DNA of 64,000 nucleotides from Chlamydiota bacterium (GTDB lineage Bacteria; Chlamydiota; Chlamydiia; Chlamydiales; JABDDJ01): NCBI GenBank assembly GCA_013287645.1, contig JABDDJ010000003.1, positions 509 to 64,508 of the forward strand, read 5' to 3'. Shown piece by piece: positions 21,801 to 29,305 of this stretch (position 1 is its first letter; each line of letters starts with the position of its first letter). The notes under the pieces were generated by a model. It saw only the letters and a program-made list of their open reading frames with translations, ran no database searches and was not told where the DNA came from. The position numbers and the translations under genes were made by a program.

Positions 21801-23670
21801 AAGCGGAGTAATCGAGTTTTTGGGGCGCAATGATTCTCAAGTCAAATTGAACGGGCATCGTATAGAATTACAAGAAATAGAAGCAAAATTAAATCTTCAT
21901 AGTGATATTCGTCAATCTGTGGTCTCGATAGCTACTGATGAAGCGGGAAATAAACAGCTCGTTGCGTATGTAGTACCAGAAAAGGTTGTAAATCAGTCGG
22001 AGGTGCAATCTGTAGAAAACAATATTCACACGTCTATTATGGAATTTAAATTACAGCAAAAAGCAAGAAGACAATTTTCAGATGAGAATAAAATTATGCC
22101 TCTCCAAAGATCCTTTGGGGCTGATTATGAACATTATAATCGAAAAAGTTATCGAAGGTTTGAAAATAGATATTTGGAAATGAATGTGCTTGAAAATTGG
22201 TTTGCTGAAGGTCTTTCACAATTCCAGTCCAATAAAACAAACACGTTTTTTGACATGGGCGTTATTAATCAGCTTCTAGAGCCGTTGAGAGCGGTGAAGC
22301 AGCCCAACCAGCTCTTACCTAAGTATCTTTATCCTTCAGCAGGTTCACTTTATCCTGTGCAGCTGTACATAGAAATAAACGAGGATAGTTTAGAAGGGCT
22401 CGCTAGAGGTTCATATTATTATGATCCTTTGTCTCATCAGCTAATTCAAGTGTCATCTTCTAGCTCATCTTATCGACGAGGAGTTTATTTATATTTAGTT
22501 GGTCAGTTATCAGCGATTACACCCATTTATGGAGAACATGGCAGAGACTTCTGTTTCATTGAATCTGGACATATGTATGCTCTTTTGCGAAATGCTGGAC
22601 AAGGGCAGGTACTTTCCACTTTGGCTTTTCCCCAACAAAAGGAGTTGTATGACCAGTTGGGGTTGAATGTGGACGATCATGTATTTTTAATGGGAATGCA
22701 GTTTTTGGGGTCGCCAAAAGAACCTTCTTTTTTGGAAATTAATCATCCAGATATCTTCTTATACACAAAGCCGTCGAAAGTCACAGGAGCCAAAAGCGTA
22801 TGGCATACCTGGAATCAAAGCAAACAATGTTTTGAAAGTCTTTCCGAAAGTGTTGCTCCTCATATTTCAATTTTTTCTCAAGAAAATTATGCTTTATCTC
22901 AAGACGCAAGTTTTGGGATATTCTTTATAGAACCATCAGGAAAAGGAAAAGGGAAAACAAGAGAGGAATATTTGTTGTATGTTGGTGCGATAACTCAAAT
23001 GTTGATGTCAGGAGCTATTCGCAGAAATATGGGTATATGCCAAGTTGGAAGTTTAGATTTGATTCCTGAGCTTGAGAATCTATTGCTACCAGAAAGTTGG
23101 TTGCTTGGCTTGTTTGGAGGTCCAATTTCAGACGAACAAATGATAAGCAAAGAAATTTCACAACCTAGACAGTCGACTTTTGATGAACGGCTTGCGGAAT
23201 ACCTAGGTGAACACCTCCCAAAATATATGGTGCCTTCAACGTTTATCTTGTTAGATAAGTTACCTATTTCGTCCAATGGGAAAATTGACAGAGGTGCTTT
23301 ACCTAAGATTTCTTTTGTGAAAGTTCAAAATAGGCACGAAGAGCCACGAAATAAAATCGAAAGTTCCCTACTGAATATTTGGAGTAAAGTCCTTAGTATG
23401 GACCCTCAGCAAATTTCCACAACCGATGTATTTTTTGAAATAGGTGGGAATTCTTTACTTCTGATATCTGTATATAACGCAATTTATTCTCAGCTAAATT
23501 CAAAAATTGCAATAGATAAGTTATTCCAATATCCTACGATTCAATCTCTGGCTACGCACTTATTACATGCAGATTCAAATTCTATTAATATGGAAAAAGT
23601 TAATCTTCGTGCATCCAAACAAGCAGCCGCACTGAAAAAGAAACGTCACGGAGGGAAAACTCATGAATAA
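15835..23670 (+). CDS. Bimodular NRPS: C-A-T-Cy-A(Ox)-T (thiazole-forming second module)
   Basis: C: HHAISDGKS (16342-16368). A1: LAYMIFTSGSTGKPKG (17740-17787), NAYGPTE, KIRGQRIELGEIE. T1: FFRLGGHSLLA (Ser 19027-19029). Cy: FPLTDIQQAYWLGR (from 19225) and DALLLDGWS (19618-19644), the DxxxxD variant. A2: LAYVIFTSGSTGIPKG (21058-21105), FDLSVYDIFG, SLGGATEASIW. Ox insert ~22080-23130: RKSYRRF, YPSAGSLYPVQLY. A10: NGKIDRGALP. T2: FFEIGGNSLL (Ser 23452-23454). Confidence 0.9.
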   Translation: MSQLDNLTESHKKLFEQMLSRKIEQKNRMFQQDVPFVTVLPKQKYYAASTIQKRMFYLQELDKHSTAYNLPVAFSIGGDLCVQSLRNAFHNLLKRHESLRTGIYFHEGEVVQAVYDDVNFEIEFVQDSNVDIKNTFESFIRPFDLDKPPLIRVKLIKISDQNHLLFLDMHHAISDGKSMSLLLKELASLYEGHTLNVLPIQYKEYADWNARFLNTPISRINYEYWKSQFSEEIPQIAFPSDIMSQNALAYQGSQHYFSMDVSLSEQIKAAAVKEGVTLHTFLLGIYYVLLGKYTQQEDIIVGSSGEGRPFPEFQQVIGAFVTALPLRCKPNGIKSFKNFLEEVQSCIVRASDHQYFSLEELVQFLKKEQYIQDNNLYDVWFELHYDRSILKKFSNLTIEPLQVTHHASKFKLSLEIVDREQSLNCHFEYSSAIFQERTIVRMAKQFERIAAQVVGTPNILIGDLDFIPDEEKDYLVRELNIPAVPFAAPTLSFCEIFNQQVSLRVDAVAATCNGVHLTYKELDNASTHLANHFAALRRPEEQYITFLMERGLPLLIGLIATLKAQMIYTPIDPGAPVDRILNLIDDAAPVLVITDNSAEWIEKFLPGKNNVRNFYEIFGSPASSAPQEPLFSSDHLAYMIFTSGSTGKPKGAMVEHKGMMNHLFCKIHELELNENDVVAQTSSQTFDVSVFQLLIALLVGAKVTIFSHEKAWDPELLLNALEDEKVTVFETVPSHMYLIMEELEHSLVLNSLKEGEADPYDKFFKGKPLAFCHFRWLILNGEPLLGPLCERWQRIYPHVPIINAYGPTECSDDVIHYHVPLALSPLPPRIPIGTVISNMKIYFLDNYMSLVTLGGYGEVYIEGIGVGRGYINDPEKTANAFRPSPFSSKNEPGKRAYYTGDLARYLPSGDIDFLGRRDSQVKIRGQRIELGEIEVTLNRSDMVLQGVVEVKKDNQNELQLVAYIVKKDINIPDNECIERLNQYLIQYLSRHMVPNLFVVLPEMPLLSNGKVNRKALPPPNFVVSENEYLPPRTATEIELATIWCDLLKLSKISRSDHFFRLGGHSLLATQLSARVSRTFDIKFPLKNLFSYPTLESLANEIDKLKQKKQAVVSKEQLPSIVSDIESRYEEFPLTDIQQAYWLGRKGLFALGNVSVHMYCEYECDNLDINRLEQSWNQMIQRHEALRLVFTPGGNQRILKEVPYYSIHVEDFSNRTEKECETEFNRLRQLHSHEVFSSETWPLFLIKAVKLKDNKTRLYLSFDALLLDGWSVDIIFGEWVQLYKNEQTKFELLELSFRDYILSLNKCRMHPLFVEHRDYWLSRLENFPNKPELPLLKSSQEIKNQKFDRVSSILSKQQWQLIQDQLLAKHFSPTGFLAAIFAEVLSRYANSSHFAINLTLFDRIPLHSQINQIAGDFTSLNLLEIDYRKKGSTFADRAKRVQEQLWQDLDHHFFSGVEFSRELAKKRSKQGDEPLFPVVFTSVLGLDNKFNDDVLEMLGKEVFSITQTPQVWLDYKAYEVDGNLILEWDYVEELFAPGFIQEMHEAYVAILKKLVNQPSAWNVQEFQDLISSKQEERFSNYNNTHDIAPPALLHGLFYDQVKLNPKQLAIIGPTDSYTYEELYRSSNQLGHFLRFKGAKPNQLIAVIMEKGSRQVVGCLGILNSGAAYLPIDLSLPTKRIEQILSIGDVSLIVTEQNAVDKLKSIGYVNQLPADRIISLDDQNAQYRHYSDQKLDNIQKTDDLAYVIFTSGSTGIPKGVMIEHGAVSNTILDLNKRYQIRSSDRVLALSSLTFDLSVYDIFGMLAAGGSIVFPESSLIKDPNHWLELLTTHEVTVWNTVPMFMQMLTTVQQKTTERDINIRLRLILLSGDWIPIDLPNQIIQFFGKKDCQIVSLGGATEASIWSIYYDIKRDEYFKKSIPYGRPLTNQQFYVLGEGLEHCPEWVVGDLYIGGIGLARGYWSDPEKTATSFTIHPRFGRIYKTGDLGRLLPSGVIEFLGRNDSQVKLNGHRIELQEIEAKLNLHSDIRQSVVSIATDEAGNKQLVAYVVPEKVVNQSEVQSVENNIHTSIMEFKLQQKARRQFSDENKIMPLQRSFGADYEHYNRKSYRRFENRYLEMNVLENWFAEGLSQFQSNKTNTFFDMGVINQLLEPLRAVKQPNQLLPKYLYPSAGSLYPVQLYIEINEDSLEGLARGSYYYDPLSHQLIQVSSSSSSYRRGVYLYLVGQLSAITPIYGEHGRDFCFIESGHMYALLRNAGQGQVLSTLAFPQQKELYDQLGLNVDDHVFLMGMQFLGSPKEPSFLEINHPDIFLYTKPSKVTGAKSVWHTWNQSKQCFESLSESVAPHISIFSQENYALSQDASFGIFFIEPSGKGKGKTREEYLLYVGAITQMLMSGAIRRNMGICQVGSLDLIPELENLLLPESWLLGLFGGPISDEQMISKEISQPRQSTFDERLAEYLGEHLPKYMVPSTFILLDKLPISSNGKIDRGALPKISFVKVQNRHEEPRNKIESSLLNIWSKVLSMDPQQISTTDVFFEIGGNSLLLISVYNAIYSQLNSKIAIDKLFQYPTIQSLATHLLHADSNSINMEKVNLRASKQAAALKKKRHGGKTHE

Positions 23671-25774
23671 GTTACCAGAGCATGCACAATCCGAAGTTGC
23701 GGTCATTGGACTTGCCTGTCAGTTTCCAGGCGCAGAGGATGAGGCACAATTTTGGCACAACCTGGCCGAAGGTAAAGAAACTGTAAGTTTTTTTTCTGAT
23801 AAAGAGCTTCAAGCTCAAGGGATAGATCCTTCTCTCTTGAAAGATCCGCACTACGTCAAAGCAAAGGGGGTAATAGATGATGTGTACTGTTTTGATGCTG
23901 AATTGTTCGGTTATTTGCCAAAAGAAGCAGAGAATATGGATCCCCAACAGCGTCGATTGTTAGAATGTGCTTGGACAGCGCTTGAGAAAGCGGGATATGC
24001 CCCAGATCAGTATGATGGGTTGATAGGCGTATTTGTAGGTGGCAATCCAAGCAGTTATTTTTTGTCTCATATTTATCCGAACCTTGGAAAAGATCCTTCA
24101 GATCACCATGAAGACTTGTCTGTATTGTTAGCTAATGGTCCGGATTATTTGGCAACACGCATTTCCTACAAATTAAATTTAAAAGGTCCAAGTAAAACGA
24201 TCCAAACAGCTTGTTCAACTTCGTTAGTAACAATTCACGATGCTTGTCAGAGTCTAATGACCTATCAATGTGATATCGCTCTCGCAGGTGGGGTTGCTCT
24301 TTCGTTTCCGCAGAAAGCAGGTTATTTTTATACCCCCGATAGTATTCATTCACCAGATGGACATTGCCGAGCTTTTGATTCGAAAGCTGCTGGTACAGTT
24401 TTTGGAGACGGACTTGGTCTTGTTGTCTTAAAACGATTAGAGGATGCATTAGCAGATAACGATACCATCATTGCTGTAATAAAGGGATCAGCGGTGAATA
24501 ACGACGGTTCCAACAAGGTAGGCTATCTAGCTCCTAGTGTGCAGGGACAAGCAGAGGTAATTGCAGGTGCATTGGCCGCAGCTGATGTAACATCTGAATC
24601 GATTACATATGTGGAAACACATGGCACTGCTACTTCACTAGGAGACCCGATAGAAATATCCGCTCTTACACAGGCTTATCAAACTCATACTCAGAAAAGG
24701 CAATATTGTGCTATCGGGTCTGTCAAAACAAATGTAGGACATCTGACAACTGCTGCAGGTATAGCAGGATTTATCAAGACGCTTCTTATGATTAAACATA
24801 AAAAAATTCCGGCAAGCTTACATTTCAAAGAACCAAATGCTCAAATTGATTTTGAGCAAACTCCATTTTTTGTAAATACGCGATTAACAGATTGGAAGTG
24901 TTACACGCCTTTAAGAGCTGGTGTGAGCTCGTTTGGAATTGGAGGAACCAATGCACATGTAATTTTGGAAGAATTCCCTCTTGAGACACCGTCTTTTCCT
25001 TCGAACAAATATTGTGTTTTTCCATTTTCTGCAAAAAATGACGAGGCAATGGCTCGCCTAATCAAGAAATTTGTAATTTATTTGAAGGACGATCCAATAC
25101 GGTTATCAGATATTGCTTATACCTTGCAAGTTGGAAGAACGGTCCTGCCATATCGTTTGGTGTTTGTTTCTTCTTGTGTTGAAGATCTCATAAACCAATT
25201 GGAATCGTTCAGGACAGAAAAGAAAGCGAACAAGGTCGACACGCTCTTTAAAACCCAGGATTTTGAATTTCTATTGGCAGAATTAACGAAATTGCCAGTT
25301 GAGTCTGAAGCAAGAAAATCTGTTCTGGAAGGAATTGGAGGCCTATGGCAAAGAGGGGAGCGTATTCCATGGTTAAGGCTATACGAGGTTGGAGAGGTTA
25401 ATAGGAGAGTTCCTCTGCCTACATATGTTTTTAGTAAGGATAAATTTTGCAAAGAGATAAGCTATGAACATTCTAGGTCTTTGCTTCATTCTTTACATGA
25501 TTCAAATTTTTCATTATATCAAACTCTTATAAGCACGTTATGGAGAGAGCTTCTTCGTTTAAATAAAATCGAAATGGATGCCAATTTTTTTGAACTTGGA
25601 GGGGATTCTCTTTCTGCGATAGAGATGTTAAGTCAATTCCGTCTGATTTTTAATATTGAGATCCCATTGCGGCATTTTCTAGCAAATCCTTCTCTCAATC
25701 AGTTGGTCAAAACATTAGAGATAGCCATGGAGGAAAGAAAACTAACAGTGGGAATATCGGGAAATAAGTTATGA
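23663..25774 (+). CDS. Second stand-alone PKS module: ketosynthase, short linker, carrier protein (no AT)
   Basis: The start overlaps the NRPS stop by 8 nt. IQTACSTSLV (Cys codon 24212-24214), ETHGTATS, NVGHLTTAAG. Linker VPLPTYVFSKDKF. Carrier FFELGGDSLSAIE (Ser codon 25607-25609). No TE or R domain follows. Confidence 0.85.
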   Translation: MNKLPEHAQSEVAVIGLACQFPGAEDEAQFWHNLAEGKETVSFFSDKELQAQGIDPSLLKDPHYVKAKGVIDDVYCFDAELFGYLPKEAENMDPQQRRLLECAWTALEKAGYAPDQYDGLIGVFVGGNPSSYFLSHIYPNLGKDPSDHHEDLSVLLANGPDYLATRISYKLNLKGPSKTIQTACSTSLVTIHDACQSLMTYQCDIALAGGVALSFPQKAGYFYTPDSIHSPDGHCRAFDSKAAGTVFGDGLGLVVLKRLEDALADNDTIIAVIKGSAVNNDGSNKVGYLAPSVQGQAEVIAGALAAADVTSESITYVETHGTATSLGDPIEISALTQAYQTHTQKRQYCAIGSVKTNVGHLTTAAGIAGFIKTLLMIKHKKIPASLHFKEPNAQIDFEQTPFFVNTRLTDWKCYTPLRAGVSSFGIGGTNAHVILEEFPLETPSFPSNKYCVFPFSAKNDEAMARLIKKFVIYLKDDPIRLSDIAYTLQVGRTVLPYRLVFVSSCVEDLINQLESFRTEKKANKVDTLFKTQDFEFLLAELTKLPVESEARKSVLEGIGGLWQRGERIPWLRLYEVGEVNRRVPLPTYVFSKDKFCKEISYEHSRSLLHSLHDSNFSLYQTLISTLWRELLRLNKIEMDANFFELGGDSLSAIEMLSQFRLIFNIEIPLRHFLANPSLNQLVKTLEIAMEERKLTVGISGNKL

Positions 25775-26098
25775 ATTTTCGAGGTTGAGCCATAGCCCTA
25801 GTCCGCGGCCTTAGATGGTACTTTTAATTTTTTGGACAATTTTTTAAATTTCTGATCTGTCTCCCTTGAAAAATCTTTAAATTCTTACTCTAGCATAAGG
25901 TTTGACCTTGCTTCAACGCAGACTGTCTTGCAGCGTTGACACTTATGTTAATATTTTCGATTTGCTTCAGTGACATTCACAATTTTTGGGCTACATGCAC
26001 AGAAAATTCTTGATAAAAAGATTTTTTTTTGATATGACAGCCTGCAAGTTTTGAACGAGTATAACGAAATCGATAATGTGAAAAAGTTGGGGGAGTTT

Positions 26099-26716
26099 AT
26101 GGAGAACAGTGAAGAACTCGCTTATACGGTTGTAGTAAATGTTGAAGAGCAGTATTCAATTTGGCCTTCGTTTAAAAAAGTTCCAGAGGGATGGAGCGAA
26201 GTTGGTTTTACGGGTAAAAAGCAAGATTGCCTATCACACATTAAGGAAATCTGGAAAGACATGCGACCTTTAAGCTTGAGAAAAAAAATGGAGGAGCAGA
26301 AAAACAGTTGGAATGAGAGAAGAAAACAAGCAATTTCCACACAACCAACTATATGTCCAGAGGCCAGCTCCACAGTCGAGTTCCTGACAAAAGGCGTTCA
26401 GAGTATTTCCGCAAAGCTGGCTGGTCATGGTGTTGCTTCTTTTCATAATTCTTTGGTGAGAGAATACATCCATTTGACCTTTACAGGAACACGTGGGCAA
26501 ACCTGCATTGGAATAAAAATAGATCCTCAAAAAACTGAGTTTAAAAACGTGGATTTCGAAAAGGGGGTAGGGCTTGTAAAGGTTGAAGGGAACTTTATCT
26601 TAGATTTTGTAAAATTGAAGTGTTGCGCAGAAATCGATTTACAAGATCTGTCTGGTACAGCTCAATTAGAAATTGTCCAAAAACTATCGCCTTTTGAGGC
26701 ACTATCAACACAATGA
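26099..26716 (+). CDS. MbtH-like protein fused to a C-terminal domain of about 130 aa with unknown function
   Basis: YTVVVNVEEQYSIWPSFKKVPEGWSEVGFTGKKQDCLSHIKEIWKDMRP fits the MbtH signature (N.E.QYS.WP....P.GW). The ATG at 26099 follows a GGGGAG RBS; the ORF track begins at a TTG at 26051. Confidence 0.7.
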   Translation: MENSEELAYTVVVNVEEQYSIWPSFKKVPEGWSEVGFTGKKQDCLSHIKEIWKDMRPLSLRKKMEEQKNSWNERRKQAISTQPTICPEASSTVEFLTKGVQSISAKLAGHGVASFHNSLVREYIHLTFTGTRGQTCIGIKIDPQKTEFKNVDFEKGVGLVKVEGNFILDFVKLKCCAEIDLQDLSGTAQLEIVQKLSPFEALSTQ

Positions 26717-26723
26717 GGTAAGC

Positions 26724-27848
26724 ATGACCATAGTACAAGATGTAAATCTATTAGAGGAAATTAAAACATATGCAAACACGCAGGGCACTAATTATCCTAT
26801 AGTCAACTCTTATAATGAGTGGGATCCACTTGAGGAAGTGATTGTAGGGGTTGTTGAGGGGGCAACAATACCTGATTTGGAAGTAGCGGTTAAGGCAACG
26901 ATACCGGAAGATCAGATTGAGTATTTTCAGAAAAATGCTGGTAAAAAGTTTCCTCAAGAGGCGATTAATGCGGCTGCAAAAGAATTGGAAGAGTTTGTTA
27001 ATATTTTAGAAGGTGAAGGGATCACTGTGCGTCGCCCAGATAAAATCAACCAAGCGCGTTCATACGGAACTCAAGAGTGGCAAAGTAAGGGGGGATTGTA
27101 TCAAGCAATGCCAAGAGATCTTTTGATTGTTATTGGTGACCAAATCATAGAATCTCCCTTAGCATGGCGTTCGAGATATTTTGAAATATTTTCATTTCGA
27201 GAAATGCTGAAGGATTATTTTAAAAAAGGTGGAAAGTGGGTGGCAGCACCGAAGCCAGAATTGCCAGATCACTTTTATCGTCCAGAGTATGTTTCAACTG
27301 GAAACGATGATGAGTATGCGATTAATGAATTTGAACCAACCTTTGATGCTGCGGATTTTATTCGCTGTGGTCGAGATATATTTGTGCAAAAGAGTAATGT
27401 GACTAATGATTTTGGGATTGATTGGCTGGCTCGTCAAATAGGTGATAAGTTCCGTGTGCATAAGTTAAAATTTACGGATTCTCATCCGATGCATGTTGAT
27501 GCAACGTTTATGCCGCTTGCTCCTGGGCACCTATTACTCAATCCAGAGCGGGCCACAGAAATACCTTCTCTTTTCAAGTCTTGGAATATCATGTATTCAC
27601 CAAAATCGACACTGCCTAAGTCGCATCCAATGTATATGAGCTCATCCTGGGTTAATATGAATATTCTTATGTTAGACGAGAAAAGAGTCGTTGTGGAACG
27701 TCAAGAACAACCATTAATCGACCTTTTTAAAAAGAATGGATTTGAGCCAATTCTCTGTGATTTTCGCAATTTCTATTCATTTGGAGGCGGTTTTCATTGT
27801 GCTACGGTTGATGTGAGAAGAAGAGGTGGTTTGCAATCATACGTATGA
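26724..27848 (+). CDS. Amidinotransferase of the glycine amidinotransferase / StrB1 / CyrA type
   Basis: VNSYNEWDPLEEVIVG near the N-terminus and a C-terminal FGGGFHCATVDVRRRG (Cys codon 27798-27800). The ATG at 26724 follows a GAGG RBS and avoids overlap with the upstream ORF. Confidence 0.75.
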   Translation: MTIVQDVNLLEEIKTYANTQGTNYPIVNSYNEWDPLEEVIVGVVEGATIPDLEVAVKATIPEDQIEYFQKNAGKKFPQEAINAAAKELEEFVNILEGEGITVRRPDKINQARSYGTQEWQSKGGLYQAMPRDLLIVIGDQIIESPLAWRSRYFEIFSFREMLKDYFKKGGKWVAAPKPELPDHFYRPEYVSTGNDDEYAINEFEPTFDAADFIRCGRDIFVQKSNVTNDFGIDWLARQIGDKFRVHKLKFTDSHPMHVDATFMPLAPGHLLLNPERATEIPSLFKSWNIMYSPKSTLPKSHPMYMSSSWVNMNILMLDEKRVVVERQEQPLIDLFKKNGFEPILCDFRNFYSFGGGFHCATVDVRRRGGLQSYV

Positions 27849-29305
27849 TGACCATGAAAATAGCTTTTCTTATCCCTTTCCTTTTGCAGATTGTCTTTTG
27901 TGGGGCTAGTGAGAACGGCTCCTATATTGATCAAATCGAAAAGAGGGTGTTTGACCAAATTGAGAGGGGTTCTGTTCAGGGTGTAGCGATAGCGATCATT
28001 GAAAATGGCAAAGTCGTATTATCAAAAGGATATGGCTTTGCCAACATTAACCAGCATCTTCCAATAACGGAGAACACAGTTTTTGAACTTGCGTCCATAT
28101 CCAAAACCATTTCAGCGATAGGCGTTCTCCACTTGGTGGAGTTAGGGAAACTTCATTTGGATGAGGCCGCTTCTGTATACTTAAAGACGTGGTCACTACC
28201 TCCGTCAAATTTTGATCATAAAAAAATAACTATTAGAAGGCTTCTCAATCATACAGCAGGGCTCGCGCCTGTCTTTTACAGGGGAACAATTTCACCTGAC
28301 TTTTCGTTTGATCTTGTTGACTCGTTAAACGGTGTAGGAAGTCCAGACGAGCAGCTTGAAATTGCATATGATCCGGGCAGCTATTTTCAATATAGCGGTG
28401 CAGGCTATACACTTTTACAGTTAATTATAGAAGAAGTGACAGGAATTTCTTTCCAAGAGTATATGAAAACGGAAATTTTTGAGCCGCTTGGATTGACCCA
28501 TACAACGTTTGATTTGAGCACACTAAATAATAAAGACCTAGCAGTTCCATATGATTTTTTTGGACGTGCAATTCCGCATCATTTTTACACGGAGCAAGCT
28601 GCTGCAGGACTTTATTCAACCATTTCGGATCTAAGTAAAATGATGTTGTATCTTACGAGACTTTATCATTTACAGGTAGATTCAAAGATTGGGCAGGTAA
28701 TTAGCTCAAATTCTTTAAAATCGATGATGGAAATCAATGAAAATAATTATGCTTTAGGCTTTGAGACGGAGATGTTGAAGAAAAATCGTTTGCTAGCATT
28801 TCATACGGGAGATAATTTTGGCACTCGAACTGGTATGTTTTTATTGCCATCTCAAATGGATGGGTGTGCTGTTTTGATAAACAGTGATGCTGGATTAGAG
28901 TTGGTCGAAGAAATAGGGAATATTTGGTTAGAGTCTAGGACAGAAGGGGAGTCTTTGAGTTTTTATAAAGAAATGAGTGAATTAAAAAAATGGATCAATG
29001 TCTTTTTTTGCGCTTTTGCAATTTTTTTATTTTATCTTACTCTTCGAACAACTAAAAAATTATTAGATTCATCGATGGCTACAAGAATTACCATAGAAAT
29101 AAGTAAAATTGCGGCTTGGGTGGTGCTCATATCATGTTGGTTGATGGTTTTATATACGCCTTACTCATTTTTTCCGGGAATTGTTCTAGCAACGTTTCTA
29201 CCAAGTAATTTATCAAATATAACTATCCTAATCATGTTTTTCGGGTTTTTAAATATTGTTGGTAGATTGATAATATTAATGAATAGAAAGATAAAATATT
29301 CATGA
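27845..29305 (+). CDS. Exported beta-lactamase-fold serine hydrolase (class C / PBP-like) with a C-terminal multi-TM tail
   Basis: Signal-like MKIAFLIPFLLQIVFCGA. SxxK motif ASISK (28094-28105), LLNHTAGL and a YSGAGY-like motif. The last ~110 aa contain several hydrophobic helices (VFFCAFAIFLFYL, AAWVVLISCWLMVLY, ITILIMFFGFLNIV). The start overlaps the upstream stop (ATGATGA). Confidence 0.7.
   Translation: MMTMKIAFLIPFLLQIVFCGASENGSYIDQIEKRVFDQIERGSVQGVAIAIIENGKVVLSKGYGFANINQHLPITENTVFELASISKTISAIGVLHLVELGKLHLDEAASVYLKTWSLPPSNFDHKKITIRRLLNHTAGLAPVFYRGTISPDFSFDLVDSLNGVGSPDEQLEIAYDPGSYFQYSGAGYTLLQLIIEEVTGISFQEYMKTEIFEPLGLTHTTFDLSTLNNKDLAVPYDFFGRAIPHHFYTEQAAAGLYSTISDLSKMMLYLTRLYHLQVDSKIGQVISSNSLKSMMEINENNYALGFETEMLKKNRLLAFHTGDNFGTRTGMFLLPSQMDGCAVLINSDAGLELVEEIGNIWLESRTEGESLSFYKEMSELKKWINVFFCAFAIFLFYLTLRTTKKLLDSSMATRITIEISKIAAWVVLISCWLMVLYTPYSFFPGIVLATFLPSNLSNITILIMFFGFLNIVGRLIILMNRKIKYS

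Noticed and set aside
13955-25452. Numerous 60-115 aa antisense ORFs inside the KS-CP and NRPS genes
   Set aside because: All are embedded in megasynthase genes whose domain motifs are continuous in the annotated frame. There is no independent support for any of them.
26673-26723. Upstream extension of the amidinotransferase ORF (start at 26673), overlapping the MbtH-fusion gene
   Set aside because: The ATG at 26724 has a GAGG RBS and gives an N-terminus of typical length before the VNSYNEWDPLEEV motif. The longer form would overlap the upstream gene by 44 nt.
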